Positions 1-8,628 of a DNA stretch of 44,631 nt are shown one piece after another. The stretch spans positions 1 through 44,631 of the forward strand of contig JAHWJH010000003.1 in NCBI GenBank assembly GCA_019348555.1, written 5' to 3'. The position numbers and the translations under genes are program-made. Below the pieces are notes generated by a model. The model was not told the origin of the DNA, ran no database searches, and saw only the letters and a list, made by a program, of their open reading frames with translations. Source of the stretch: Actinomycetota bacterium. GTDB lineage: Bacteria > Actinomycetota > Acidimicrobiia > Acidimicrobiales > CADCSY01. Numbering within the stretch: position 1 is the stretch's first letter; each line of letters begins with the position of its first letter.

Positions 1-67
1 CACCTGAGCCGTCGGATCCGCACGATGCCACGAGGACGAGGGACAGCGCCCATGAGAGCCAGCGCAT
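1..67 (-). CDS. 5' end of a putative lipoprotein, running off the window
   Basis: Minus strand from ATG at 67 reads MRWLSWALSLVLVASCGSDGSG: basic residue, hydrophobic stretch, lipobox-like VASC and a G/S linker. TAGCGT lies 10 nt upstream. Confidence 0.5.
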   Translation of the reverse strand, partial: MRWLSWALSLVLVASCGSDGSG

Positions 68-180
68 GTTGCCGAGCACGCTAGTGCTCCGGGCGTACGT
101 CATGGCTGGTGACGCCGCACCTAACGTCCCGCTCGGAATCGCTCAGCCGACGGGTTCGCGCAGCGGGGATATCGGCGCTC

Positions 181-217
181 ATGCCGGTGATCTGACAAGT
201 TCGGACCTCACCGGCAT
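181..217. repeat. Intergenic inverted repeat / hairpin
   Basis: ATGCCGGTGA (181-190) is the perfect reverse complement of TCACCGGCAT (208-217); the interior pairs partially. Confidence 0.5.
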
Positions 218-331
218 ATCCCGGCGAGGGTTCGCCATCGGCTCTTCGAGGCGCTCGAGTACCCCGTCGTAGGCTTCCAGAGCCGGTGGGACAGAACGGA
301 GGCCGAGAGCAAAAGTACTGGTCAGAAGGGG

Positions 332-414
332 CGGAGGGAGCGGGATTCGAACCCGCGGGGCTTCCGCCCAGAGGTTTTCAAGACCTCCGCATTCGGCCGC
401 TCTGCCATCCCTCC
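332..414 (-). tRNA. tRNA-Ser (anticodon TGA), CCA not encoded
   Basis: Reverse complement GGAGGGATGGCAGAGCGGCCGAATGCGGAGGTCTTGAAAACCTCTGGGCGGAAGCCCCGCGGGTTCGAATCCCGCTCCCTCCG: acceptor stem GGAGGGA/TCCCTCC, anticodon arm GAGGT-CTTGAAA-ACCTC, long variable arm, GTTCGAATC T-loop. Confidence 0.95.
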
Positions 415-450
415 TCGGCCGACACTAACGGCGACCGTCCACCACCGGCC

Positions 451-1380
451 TCAGCGGGAAGGATTCCGTATCTTCTGTCGGAGGTCGGTCAGCCACGCAT
501 CGGCCGCCTGCCAGGCGGCCTCTGCATCCCGGCGCAGGGCGTCACCGTGGTGTCCCGCCGCCGGATACGAACCGAGGAACTTCACATCGGCCAGCTTGGC
601 CTTGAGGTCCCTGAGGCAGTCGGCCACGAGCTCGTCGGCCACGTGGCCCTCGAAGTCGATGATGAAGCAGTACTCGCCGAGGCTGCGCTTCGTCGGGCGC
701 GACTCCAACTTGGTCAGGTTCACCGCCCGCGCGGCGAACTCCTGGAGGATCGCCAGCAGGCTGCCGGGGCGGTCGGCGTGCTGGAAGCACACCACCGTGG
801 TCTTGTCGTGGCCGGTCGGACCCATGATCCCGTTCCGCCCGACGAGCACGAAGCGGGTGGCGTTCTCGGGGTGGTCCTCGATGTCGGCCGCCACGACCTC
901 GAGGCCATAGAGCTCCGCCGCCAGCGAGGGTGCGACGGCCGCCATGCCCGGGGTCCCCGCACTGACGAGGCGGGCGGCTTCGGCGGTGGAGTTGGCGGCG
1001 ATCGTCGCCACACCGGGGAGCTCCCGGGCCAGGTAGCCCCGTACCTGGGCGGTGGCGTGGGGCATCGAGATCACGCTGGTGATCTGATCGAGCTGGGTGC
1101 CCGGCGCCGCCAGGAGGTTGAGCTGGATGCCCACGACCACTTCGCGCTGGATGAGCAGGTCGGTCTCGAAGGCCAGGGTGTCGAGCGTGACGTTCACGCT
1201 GCCCTCGATGGAGTTCTCGATCGGCACGAAGCCCAGGTCGACCTCGCCCTCGGCGGTTGCCGCCAGCACCTCGCCGATCGACCCCAGCGGCAGGAGCTTC
1301 CCCTGCGCCAGATCGTCCTGGGTGAGCAGGGCCTGCTCGGTGAAGGTGCCGTGAGGACCGAGGAAGCCGATGCTCGTCAC
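451..1380 (-). CDS. pheA: Prephenate dehydratase with ACT domain
   Basis: FLGPHGTFTEQA, VPIENSIEGSV, NATRFV, DRPGSL, NLTKLESRP and FLGSYP motifs. GTG start at 1380 with TACCCT 8 nt upstream; the ORF-track extension to 2448 is antisense to larB. Confidence 0.95.
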   Translation of the reverse strand: MTSIGFLGPHGTFTEQALLTQDDLAQGKLLPLGSIGEVLAATAEGEVDLGFVPIENSIEGSVNVTLDTLAFETDLLIQREVVVGIQLNLLAAPGTQLDQITSVISMPHATAQVRGYLARELPGVATIAANSTAEAARLVSAGTPGMAAVAPSLAAELYGLEVVAADIEDHPENATRFVLVGRNGIMGPTGHDKTTVVCFQHADRPGSLLAILQEFAARAVNLTKLESRPTKRSLGEYCFIIDFEGHVADELVADCLRDLKAKLADVKFLGSYPAAGHHGDALRRDAEAAWQAADAWLTDLRQKIRNPSR

Positions 1381-1464
1381 GGAGCGACAGGGTAGACAGA
1401 TCCCTCCCCCGGTCGGACGTGGTCGTCCGATGACCGCCGACGAGGGACGGTCGGGCAGGATGAG

Positions 1465-2232
1465 GTGGTGGACGAGGCCGCCCTCGTGAAGCTTCTCGAC
1501 GATGTGCGACGTGGGGTGACGACGGCCGACGAGGCGGTGCTCGTGCTCCGGAGGCTGCCCTTCGTCGACCTCGGCTTCGCCCGGGTCGATCACCATCGCG
1601 GGCTGCGCCAGGGCGTCGCCGAAGCGGTCTACGCCCCAGGCAAGACGGCCCGGCAGTGCGCCGCCATCGTGGTCGAGCTGCTCGACCAGCCAGGAGGCCC
1701 GGTCCTGCTGACCAGGGCCAACTCCGAGCAGATCGACGCCTGCTCGGAGGTCTCGCCCGGAGGGCGGGTGACCGGCACGACGGTCGTATGGCGGCCGTCG
1801 GCCACGCGGCCTGAGCGGACGGTCGTGATGACGGCGGGTACCGCCGATCTCGCCGTGGCCGACGAGTGCGTCGCCACCCTCAACGCCTACGGCTTCGAGC
1901 CGTCGCGCCTCGACGACGTCGGCGTCGCCGGGTTGCACCGCCTCTTCGCCGACATCGACGTGGTGGCCGACGCCGACGCGGTGGTGGTCATCGCCGGCAT
2001 GGAGGGTGCCCTCGCCAGCGTCATCGGCGGGATCACGCCCGCACCGGTCATCGCCGTGCCGACCAGCGTGGGAAGGGGCGCGGGCCTGGAGGGCGTCACC
2101 GCCCTGCTCGGGATGATGGCCTCGTGCGCTGCGGGCGTCACCGTGGTGGGCATCGACAACGGCTTCGGGGCCGGGTGCGCCGTGGCCCGCATCCTCGACG
2201 TGCGCACGAAGTCGTCGGAGCACCGTGGCTGA
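1465..2232 (+). CDS. larB: Nickel-pincer cofactor biosynthesis protein LarB (PurE/AIR-carboxylase-like)
   Basis: FARVDHHRGLRQG, AGTADL, DVGVAGLHRL, AGMEGALASV, VPTSVG, SCAAGVTVVGIDNGFGA. Start may be the GTG at 1468. Confidence 0.9.
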   Translation: MVDEAALVKLLDDVRRGVTTADEAVLVLRRLPFVDLGFARVDHHRGLRQGVAEAVYAPGKTARQCAAIVVELLDQPGGPVLLTRANSEQIDACSEVSPGGRVTGTTVVWRPSATRPERTVVMTAGTADLAVADECVATLNAYGFEPSRLDDVGVAGLHRLFADIDVVADADAVVVIAGMEGALASVIGGITPAPVIAVPTSVGRGAGLEGVTALLGMMASCAAGVTVVGIDNGFGAGCAVARILDVRTKSSEHRG

Positions 2233-3535
2233 GGGCCCGCCCACGGTGGCCTGGTTCCACTGCTTCGCCGGCATCGCCGGTGACATGGCGCTGGGCGCCC
2301 TGGTCGACGCCGGCGCCGACCTCGACGAGGTCCGTGCCCTCGTCGGTCGCATCCCGGTGACCGGCTGGAGCATCGAGGCGGAGGCGACCATGCGCAACGG
2401 CATAGCGGCCACCCGGGTCGTCGTCGCCGTCGAGCCCACGACGGTCACCCGGACCTACGCCCACATCGACGACCTGCTCGACCAGGCCCGCCTGCCCGAG
2501 CGGGTCCGCGATCGGGCGGCGGCCACGTTCGCGGCCATCGCCGCCGTGGAGGGCCGGCTGCACCGTCGACCGGTCGAGCAGGTGCACTTCCACGAGCTCG
2601 GCAGCGTCGACGCCATCGTCGACATCGTGGGAGTGGCTTCGGCGCTCGAGGTGCTCGGCGTCGAGCAGGTGTACGCCAGCCCTGTGGCCACCGGGCTCGG
2701 GATGGTGCGCAGCGCCCACGGCATGCTCCCGAACCCGGCTCCGGCGGTGGTGGAGCTGTTGTCGGGGGCGCCCACCCACGGGGTCGATGTCGCCGTGGAG
2801 CTGACCACCCCCACGGGTGCCGGCCTGCTCGCCGCCCTCTGTGAGGGCTGGGGAGCGATGCCGGCGATGACGATCGCCAGCAGCGGGTTCGGAGCCGGTA
2901 CCCGTGAGCTCGAGGAGTTGCCCAACCTCACCCAGGTGGTGATCGGTCGCCGAGTGACGGCCGATCTGGCCGGCCACGGCCAGCCGGTGGTGAAGCTGGA
3001 GGTGAACGTCGACGACGTCACCGGGGAGGTGCTCGCCCACGCCGTCGCCAGCCTGCTCGACGCCGGCGCGCACGACGCCTGGACCACGCCGATCGTGATG
3101 AAGAAGGGCCGCCCGGCCCACCTCGTCAGCGTGCTCGCCGACCCGGCCACCGCTGCCGAGCTGGCGGCGGTGCTGGCGCTCGAGACCGGCAGCCTGGGCG
3201 TGCGTTGGATGGTGCAGGAGCGACGGCCCGCGCCGCGCCACTTCGACGAGGTCGACGTGGGTGGGGTCGGCGTACGGGTGAAGGTGGCCGCCGACCGCGT
3301 CAAGGTGGAGCACGACGATGCCGCAGCCGCTGCCGCCGCCCTCGGTCTTCGGCTGTCCGAGGTCGTGACCCGGGCCGAAGAGGCCTGGCGCCGCCGGAGA
3401 GATCAAGGCCCGCTCTCCTCGGTACCCGACCACGACGACACCGTGGTCGACCTCCGCCCGAACGGACCGCTCCCGCCGGCTCCGCCGCACCCGCCACAGC
3501 CCTCGCCAGGTGGGCCTCCAGGCGAAGCCGGCTGA
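2225..3535 (+). CDS. larC: Nickel insertion protein LarC (single ORF)
   Basis: CFAGIAGDMALGAL, VHFHELGSVDAIVDI, HGMLPNPAPA, ELTTPTGA, NVDDVTGE, MKKGRP, ETGSLGVR. Overlaps larB by 8 nt. Confidence 0.92.
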   Translation: MAEGPPTVAWFHCFAGIAGDMALGALVDAGADLDEVRALVGRIPVTGWSIEAEATMRNGIAATRVVVAVEPTTVTRTYAHIDDLLDQARLPERVRDRAAATFAAIAAVEGRLHRRPVEQVHFHELGSVDAIVDIVGVASALEVLGVEQVYASPVATGLGMVRSAHGMLPNPAPAVVELLSGAPTHGVDVAVELTTPTGAGLLAALCEGWGAMPAMTIASSGFGAGTRELEELPNLTQVVIGRRVTADLAGHGQPVVKLEVNVDDVTGEVLAHAVASLLDAGAHDAWTTPIVMKKGRPAHLVSVLADPATAAELAAVLALETGSLGVRWMVQERRPAPRHFDEVDVGGVGVRVKVAADRVKVEHDDAAAAAAALGLRLSEVVTRAEEAWRRRRDQGPLSSVPDHDDTVVDLRPNGPLPPAPPHPPQPSPGGPPGEAG

Positions 3536-3550
3536 GCACCGGGAGCCGGC

Positions 3551-4369
3551 GTGGAGGAGCTCGCGTACGCCTCGGCGCTGGCTCTGGCCGTGGTGATGGC
3601 CGTCGCCGGAGTGGCCAAGCTCCGGCATCGAGGTGTCACCGAGCGGGCGTTCCGCAGTCAGGGCCTGGCGTGGCCCGGGGCGTTGGCCATCGCCGTGCCC
3701 GCCACCGAGGTGGTCCTTGCCCTCGGGCTGGTCGTCGTCCCCGACTGGGCCGGCATGGCCACGCTGGCGGTGCTCGCCGGCTTCACCACGTTCCTCGTGC
3801 AGTCGGTCCGGCGGGGCCGAGCGCTGGGGTGCGGGTGCTTCGGGTCGACCCGTCCTCGCCCGGTGGGTGGCGTGGAGCTGGCTCGCAACGGCGTGCTGAT
3901 GGCCGGCGCCGGCTTCGTGGCGTTGGTGGCCGAGGCACCGAACTTGCCGGGGCTCACCTCGATCGTCGTGGTAGCCGTGGTCGCCGCCACATCGGCCGTG
4001 GGGCTGGCTCACCTCGGCCGTCGCCCCTGGCCGAACGATCCTGCACGACGCCAGGGGCTGCCTCGGGGAAGCAGGGCGCCGGCTCTTGCGGGTGGTCTCA
4101 CCGCTCCGGCGGGCGAGACCACCCTCGTGGCGTTCGTGGCCCCGAGTTGCCGAGGGTGCGCCGAGCTGCTGGCCGCCCTCGACCAGATGCCCCGCTCCGA
4201 GGTCGCGGTGCGGGTGGTCGCTCTCGACGACGACTCATCCGCGACCTTCACCGCCTATGGGGTCCGCTCGGCGCCGTATCTGGTCGTGGTGGACGAAGAC
4301 GGAGAGGTGCGCTCTTCGGGGCCGGCCACGTCGTTCGCCGACATCCGTCGCATCATGGCGCGCCAGTGA
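3551..4369 (+). CDS. MauE/DoxX-family membrane protein fused to a thioredoxin-like CxxC domain
   Basis: N-terminal TM helices with AGVAKL and CGCFG...ARN (MauE-like). C-terminal FVAPSCRGC and YGVRSAPYLVVVDEDG (thioredoxin fold). Confidence 0.75.
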   Translation: MEELAYASALALAVVMAVAGVAKLRHRGVTERAFRSQGLAWPGALAIAVPATEVVLALGLVVVPDWAGMATLAVLAGFTTFLVQSVRRGRALGCGCFGSTRPRPVGGVELARNGVLMAGAGFVALVAEAPNLPGLTSIVVVAVVAATSAVGLAHLGRRPWPNDPARRQGLPRGSRAPALAGGLTAPAGETTLVAFVAPSCRGCAELLAALDQMPRSEVAVRVVALDDDSSATFTAYGVRSAPYLVVVDEDGEVRSSGPATSFADIRRIMARQ

Positions 4370-4379
4370 CGACCGCCGG

Positions 4380-5555
4380 TCATCGCCACCAGCCCTCCAG
4401 CCAACCCCGCCGCCGGCGCCGACCGAGGCGCTCGACCGCCACGCCGGTAGCGGAGGGCCCGGCGTCGACGGCGAGCTCCGTGCCCGCCACCGTCGCCGGA
4501 GCCGGGGTGAGCGGCCCGATGACGCCACGGGCCTTGAGCTCGCCGGCGACCGCCACGGCAACCGCAGCGGTGGGCACGGCGAGAAACGCGCCGATGAGGC
4601 CACCGATCACCGCTCCCCCGGTGAGGGCGGCGAGGATGACCACGGGATGCAGCCGCACGGCCCGCCCGAGCACCAGCGGCGCCACCAGATCACCCTCGAC
4701 CTGCTGGACCAGGACCACGACCCCCAGGGTGAGCAAGGCGTCGGTTGGCCCGCCGCTCACCAGGGCCACCAGCGCCGCCACCGCTCCGGCGGCCACGGCG
4801 CCCACCAGGGGGAAGAACGCCCCGAAGAAGGTGAGCAGCACCAGGGGCGCCACCAACGGGACACCGATGAGCACCAATCCGACCCCGATGATCACGGCGT
4901 CGACCACCGCCACCACGGCCGTCCCTCTGACGTAGCCCCCGAGCGCGGCCCAACCCCTCCGGGCCACCGCACGGGCGAGGTCGTGGTGCTCCTCCCTGAG
5001 CTGGCGGAGGCCGAACTCGCTCATCTGCTCGCCGTCCTTCACGAAGAAGAACGTGAGGACGAGGATCAACAGGAAGCCGGCAATGACCTCGGTGACCAAG
5101 ACGGCGCCGGCCACCACCCCAGAAGCGAGGCTGCTGCCGCTGGCGCGCAGCTGGTCGACCACCTGATCGGTGTAGCGGTCGATCTCCGCGGCCGAGAGCT
5201 CCAGGGGTCCCTCGACGAGCCATCTCTCGACCTGGAGCACGCCTTCCTCGACGGTGGGCCCCAGCCCGCTGAACTCCTTGACGACCGAGGGGGCCACGCC
5301 GGCGACGAGGCCGACGATCACGGCGACGACGCCCGCCAGCACCGTCCACGTGGCCAACAGCGGGGGGAAACCCTTGCGCTGCAGCCAGCGCACCGGGGGC
5401 ACGAGCACCGTGGCGAGCAACACGGCCACGATCGTCGGGAGCACCAGCAATCGAAGTCGGGCGAGGACGATCACCACCACGGCCACACCGGCCGCCACCA
5501 CCAGCGACTTGCCGGCGAACGAGGCCGCCCGGTCGAGGGGGTGATCCCGGCTCAT
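4380..5555 (-). CDS. AI-2E family transporter
   Basis: Multi-TM protein with FFFVKDG, LGGYVRG, FFPLVGA, VQQVEG, LVLGRAVRLHP, GAFLAVP. Confidence 0.9.
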   Translation of the reverse strand: MSRDHPLDRAASFAGKSLVVAAGVAVVVIVLARLRLLVLPTIVAVLLATVLVPPVRWLQRKGFPPLLATWTVLAGVVAVIVGLVAGVAPSVVKEFSGLGPTVEEGVLQVERWLVEGPLELSAAEIDRYTDQVVDQLRASGSSLASGVVAGAVLVTEVIAGFLLILVLTFFFVKDGEQMSEFGLRQLREEHHDLARAVARRGWAALGGYVRGTAVVAVVDAVIIGVGLVLIGVPLVAPLVLLTFFGAFFPLVGAVAAGAVAALVALVSGGPTDALLTLGVVVLVQQVEGDLVAPLVLGRAVRLHPVVILAALTGGAVIGGLIGAFLAVPTAAVAVAVAGELKARGVIGPLTPAPATVAGTELAVDAGPSATGVAVERLGRRRRRGWLEGWWR

Positions 5556-5629
5556 GGCCCCGGTCTACCCGGTGTCCGCAGAACCTGTCGGGATGGGTCG
5601 AAACGGACGGAGCTGGGCACACCAGGCGC

Positions 5630-6160
5630 ATGGACGCCATCACCTTGCTGAAGAACGACCACAAGACCGTTGAGCGGCTGTTCAAGCAGTTCGAGAAGGC
5701 GGAGAAAGCCGACGACGACAAGACCAAGGCGGAGGTCGTCGACAAGATCATCGCCGAGCTGAGCGTCCACGCCGCCATCGAGGAGCAGGTGTTCTACCCC
5801 GCCATCCGAGAGGCGGTCCCCGACACCGAGGACACCGTCCTCGAAGGCCTCGAGGAGCATCACATCGTCAAGTGGACGCTCTCCGAGCTGGAAGGGATGA
5901 CCCCCGACCACGAGCGATTCGACGCCAAGGTCACCGTGCTCATCGAGAGCGTGCGCCACCACGTCGAGGAGGAGGAAGCCGAGCTGTTCCCCGAGGTGCG
6001 CCAAGCCCTCGGCCGCAAGCGCCTCGGTGAGATCGGCGAGCGCTTGGAAAAGGCCAAGGAGACCGCCCCCAGCCGTCCGCAGCCGAAGGCTCCGGACACA
6101 CCTCCGGGAAACCTGCCCACCGGGAAGAAGAAGAAGAAGGTGGCGGCGGCGAGCTCCTGA
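5630..6160 (+). CDS. Hemerythrin-like (HHE) domain protein
   Basis: MDAITLLKNDH, HAAIEEQVFYP, EEHH, HHVEEEE...FP motifs. Confidence 0.88.
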   Translation: MDAITLLKNDHKTVERLFKQFEKAEKADDDKTKAEVVDKIIAELSVHAAIEEQVFYPAIREAVPDTEDTVLEGLEEHHIVKWTLSELEGMTPDHERFDAKVTVLIESVRHHVEEEEAELFPEVRQALGRKRLGEIGERLEKAKETAPSRPQPKAPDTPPGNLPTGKKKKKVAAASS

Positions 6161-6175
6161 CCCGCTCCCCGAGGA

Positions 6176-7771
6176 TCAGACCGGGTCGAGCACGGTGACG
6201 GCGACGGCGTGGTAGCCGGTGGCTCCGTCGGGCCTCGGCAGGCTGCGGTCGGCGGTCTGGGTGCGCCCATCGCCGTCGGTGGCACGCACCCTGAGCTCGT
6301 GTCGCCCGGGGGTGGCGTCCCATCGGGAGCTCCACTGGCGCCAGGCATCGACGCCGAGCGCGTCGGCCAGGACCGCCTGCTCCCACGGTCCGTCGTCGAC
6401 TGCCACCTCCACCCGTGAGATGCCCCGGCTGGGCGCCCAGGCGACCCCGGCGATGGGTTGGTCACCCGCCCGGACCCGCGCTCCGAACCGGGGGACGTCG
6501 ATGCGGGCCTGGGTCTTGACCGGCCCCGACTTCGACCAGCCCCTCGGCACCCAGTAGCCGTCGAAGGCCTCGAAGGTGGTGAGCTCGATCTCGCTGAGCC
6601 ACTTGGTGGCCGAGACGTAGCCGTAGAGGCCGGCCACGACGAGGCGTGCCGGGAAGCCGTGGTCGAGGGGGAGCGGCTCCCCGTTCATCCCCACCGCGAC
6701 CAGCGCACCGCGCCCGTCGTAGGCGGCCTCGGTGGGAAAGCCCCCGGTCCAGCCGTCGATCGAGCGTCCCACGGTCTGGGTGGCACCGGCGCGTACACCG
6801 GCTCGGTCCAACAGCGTCGACAGCTCGACGCCCTGCCATCGGGCGTTGCCGACCAGGTCGCCACCCACCTCGTTGGAGACGCACGACAGGGTGATGTCGG
6901 CCTCGACCTGGTCGAGCTCGAGCAGGTCGGCGAAGGTCAGCTCGAGTGGCTCGTCGACCATGCCGGTCACCCGCAAGCGCCAGTCCTCGAGCTCCACCCG
7001 GGGCACGACCAGGGCTGTGTCGATGCGGTAGAAGTCGCGGTTGGGGGTGAACAACGGCGACAGGCCCTCGACGTCGAGGGCGGTGGCCGCCCCCGGCAGC
7101 GGCAGTGAGGCGGTCGGGGCCCCGAGAACCACGTCGGCCGGCCCCGATCCCGAGGCCAGCCGTCGTACCAGGCCTCTGCCGGCGGTGCCGGCGACGACCA
7201 CCACGCCTGCTGCGGTGGCCACCAGGCGTACGAACCGCCGCCGGCCCAGCCGGCTGCTTCCTGACGGCGCAGCCGCCGGAGCGCCTGGCCGACTCGACGC
7301 CACGACAAGGCGGCGAAGGACGGCCACGCCAGCCGCCACCGCCACAGCGCCGGTGAGCGACGAGCCCGCCCATGACGCGCCCGGTGTTCCCATGGCGGCG
7401 ACCACGCCGACGGCCCCGAAGGCGACGAAGCCGACGGCCGCCGCCCAGAAGCGCCGTGCCGCCAGGGCACCGAGGGCGCCCGCCAGCGCCAACGACACGC
7501 CGAGAACGCCGATCACCAGGGCGGTCTTGTCGGCGGTGCCGAACACGGCGATCGCCGCGTCCTCGATGGCGGGCGACACCCGGTCGATGACCTCCTGGCC
7601 GACGGAGGCGACGAGCGAAGGGGTCCAAGGCACGACGGCGGCGAGAACCTCGCTGGCGGCGAGTGCCACGCCTCCTGCCACCATGCCCGATGACACGGCC
7701 CGCCCCGGTGGCAGGGTGCGTCGGTGAGGCGGCTTCTCCAGTGACAGGGCACCCGGCAGGTCCGTCTTCAT
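6176..7771 (-). CDS. Membrane-anchored molybdopterin-dependent oxidoreductase (sulfite oxidase family)
   Basis: Several N-terminal TM helices, then TPNRDFYRIDTA, TLSCVSNEVGGDLVGNARW, MNGEPLPLDHGFPARL, GLYGYVSATKW and a C-terminal Mo-co dimerisation domain. ATG at 7771 is preceded by GGAGG/GAGG. Confidence 0.88.
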   Translation of the reverse strand: MKTDLPGALSLEKPPHRRTLPPGRAVSSGMVAGGVALAASEVLAAVVPWTPSLVASVGQEVIDRVSPAIEDAAIAVFGTADKTALVIGVLGVSLALAGALGALAARRFWAAAVGFVAFGAVGVVAAMGTPGASWAGSSLTGAVAVAAGVAVLRRLVVASSRPGAPAAAPSGSSRLGRRRFVRLVATAAGVVVVAGTAGRGLVRRLASGSGPADVVLGAPTASLPLPGAATALDVEGLSPLFTPNRDFYRIDTALVVPRVELEDWRLRVTGMVDEPLELTFADLLELDQVEADITLSCVSNEVGGDLVGNARWQGVELSTLLDRAGVRAGATQTVGRSIDGWTGGFPTEAAYDGRGALVAVGMNGEPLPLDHGFPARLVVAGLYGYVSATKWLSEIELTTFEAFDGYWVPRGWSKSGPVKTQARIDVPRFGARVRAGDQPIAGVAWAPSRGISRVEVAVDDGPWEQAVLADALGVDAWRQWSSRWDATPGRHELRVRATDGDGRTQTADRSLPRPDGATGYHAVAVTVLDPV

Positions 7772-7903
7772 GACCTCGTGCCCCTCCGGTTCCAGCATCG
7801 TGCACCAAGTTGTACTCGGCGCCGTCCGTGCCGGCGCCGCGGCTTGCTCTCCGGTCGCATCCACGCCGTGACGGCGGCGCAGTAGCTTTCGACCTTCGCC
7901 ACC

Positions 7904-8569
7904 ATGGAAACCTCCTTCACCAGGTCGGAGCGCGAGACGCTCAAGGCCATCTACCGCCTCACCCGCGACCGGCTCGAAGCCCAGACCGGGGTGCTCGCCG
8001 ACGCCCTCGGTGTGGCGCCGGGGACGGTCACGTTCACCATCAAGCGCCTGGCGGAGCGCGGCCTGGTCGACCACCGCCCCTACCACGGGGTGGAGCTGAC
8101 CACCGGCGGCAGGCGGGCGGCGATCGCCGCCATCCGGCGCCACCGCATCGTCGAGCGCTTCCTCGCCGACATGCTCGGCTATGCCTGGAACGAGGCCGAT
8201 CGGCTGGCCGGCAGCTTCGAGCACGACCTGCCCCAGGAGGTGGAGGACCGCATCTTCGTCGCCCTCGACCGACCGGCCACCTGCCCGCACGGCTTCCCCA
8301 TCCCCGCCCTCGAGGCGGCCGACATCCCCGACCTCCCGTCGCTGTACGCCCTGGAGCCGGGTGATGTGGCGACCGTGGCCGTCCCCGGCTCCACCGACCC
8401 GGAGGTGGTGAAGTTCCTCGAGACCCTGGGCTTGCGACCGGGCGTCATCGTCGAGGTGCGCGAGAAGCACCCGTTCGACGGGCCCCTGGTCCTCCGGGTG
8501 GCCGGCCACGATCGAACCCTCGGCAGCATGGTCGCCAATCAGGTCTACGTGCGCTTGGGAGCCTCCTGA
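7904..8569 (+). CDS. DtxR/MntR-family metal-dependent regulator with C-terminal FeoA/SH3-like domain
   Basis: LKAIY, HTH region, RRHRIVERFL, FEH, PATCPHGFPIP, LGLRPG. Confidence 0.9.
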   Translation: METSFTRSERETLKAIYRLTRDRLEAQTGVLADALGVAPGTVTFTIKRLAERGLVDHRPYHGVELTTGGRRAAIAAIRRHRIVERFLADMLGYAWNEADRLAGSFEHDLPQEVEDRIFVALDRPATCPHGFPIPALEAADIPDLPSLYALEPGDVATVAVPGSTDPEVVKFLETLGLRPGVIVEVREKHPFDGPLVLRVAGHDRTLGSMVANQVYVRLGAS

Positions 8570-8628
8570 AGGAGGCGCTGGCGGCGGCCCGTTTGACAAT
8601 CGTCGCCGCAGGGAGTTTGCGTGGAGCC

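Noticed and set aside
66-272. 68-aa plus-strand ORF
   Set aside because: No motif, no ribosome-binding site and unconvincing composition; it overlaps the likely promoter of the minus-strand lipoprotein.
5556-5629. SigB/SigF-like GGGTAG and GGGCAC elements between the AI-2E and hemerythrin genes
   Set aside because: The -35 GTTT matches and spacings are poor; suggestive only.
6125-6139. (AAG)5 run encoding KKKKK at the hemerythrin C-terminus
   Set aside because: Short, in-frame and low-complexity; no evidence of phase variation.
8593-8628. Perfect TTGACA upstream of topA
   Set aside because: No TAnnnT at 16-18 nt spacing, so a promoter cannot be supported from sequence alone.
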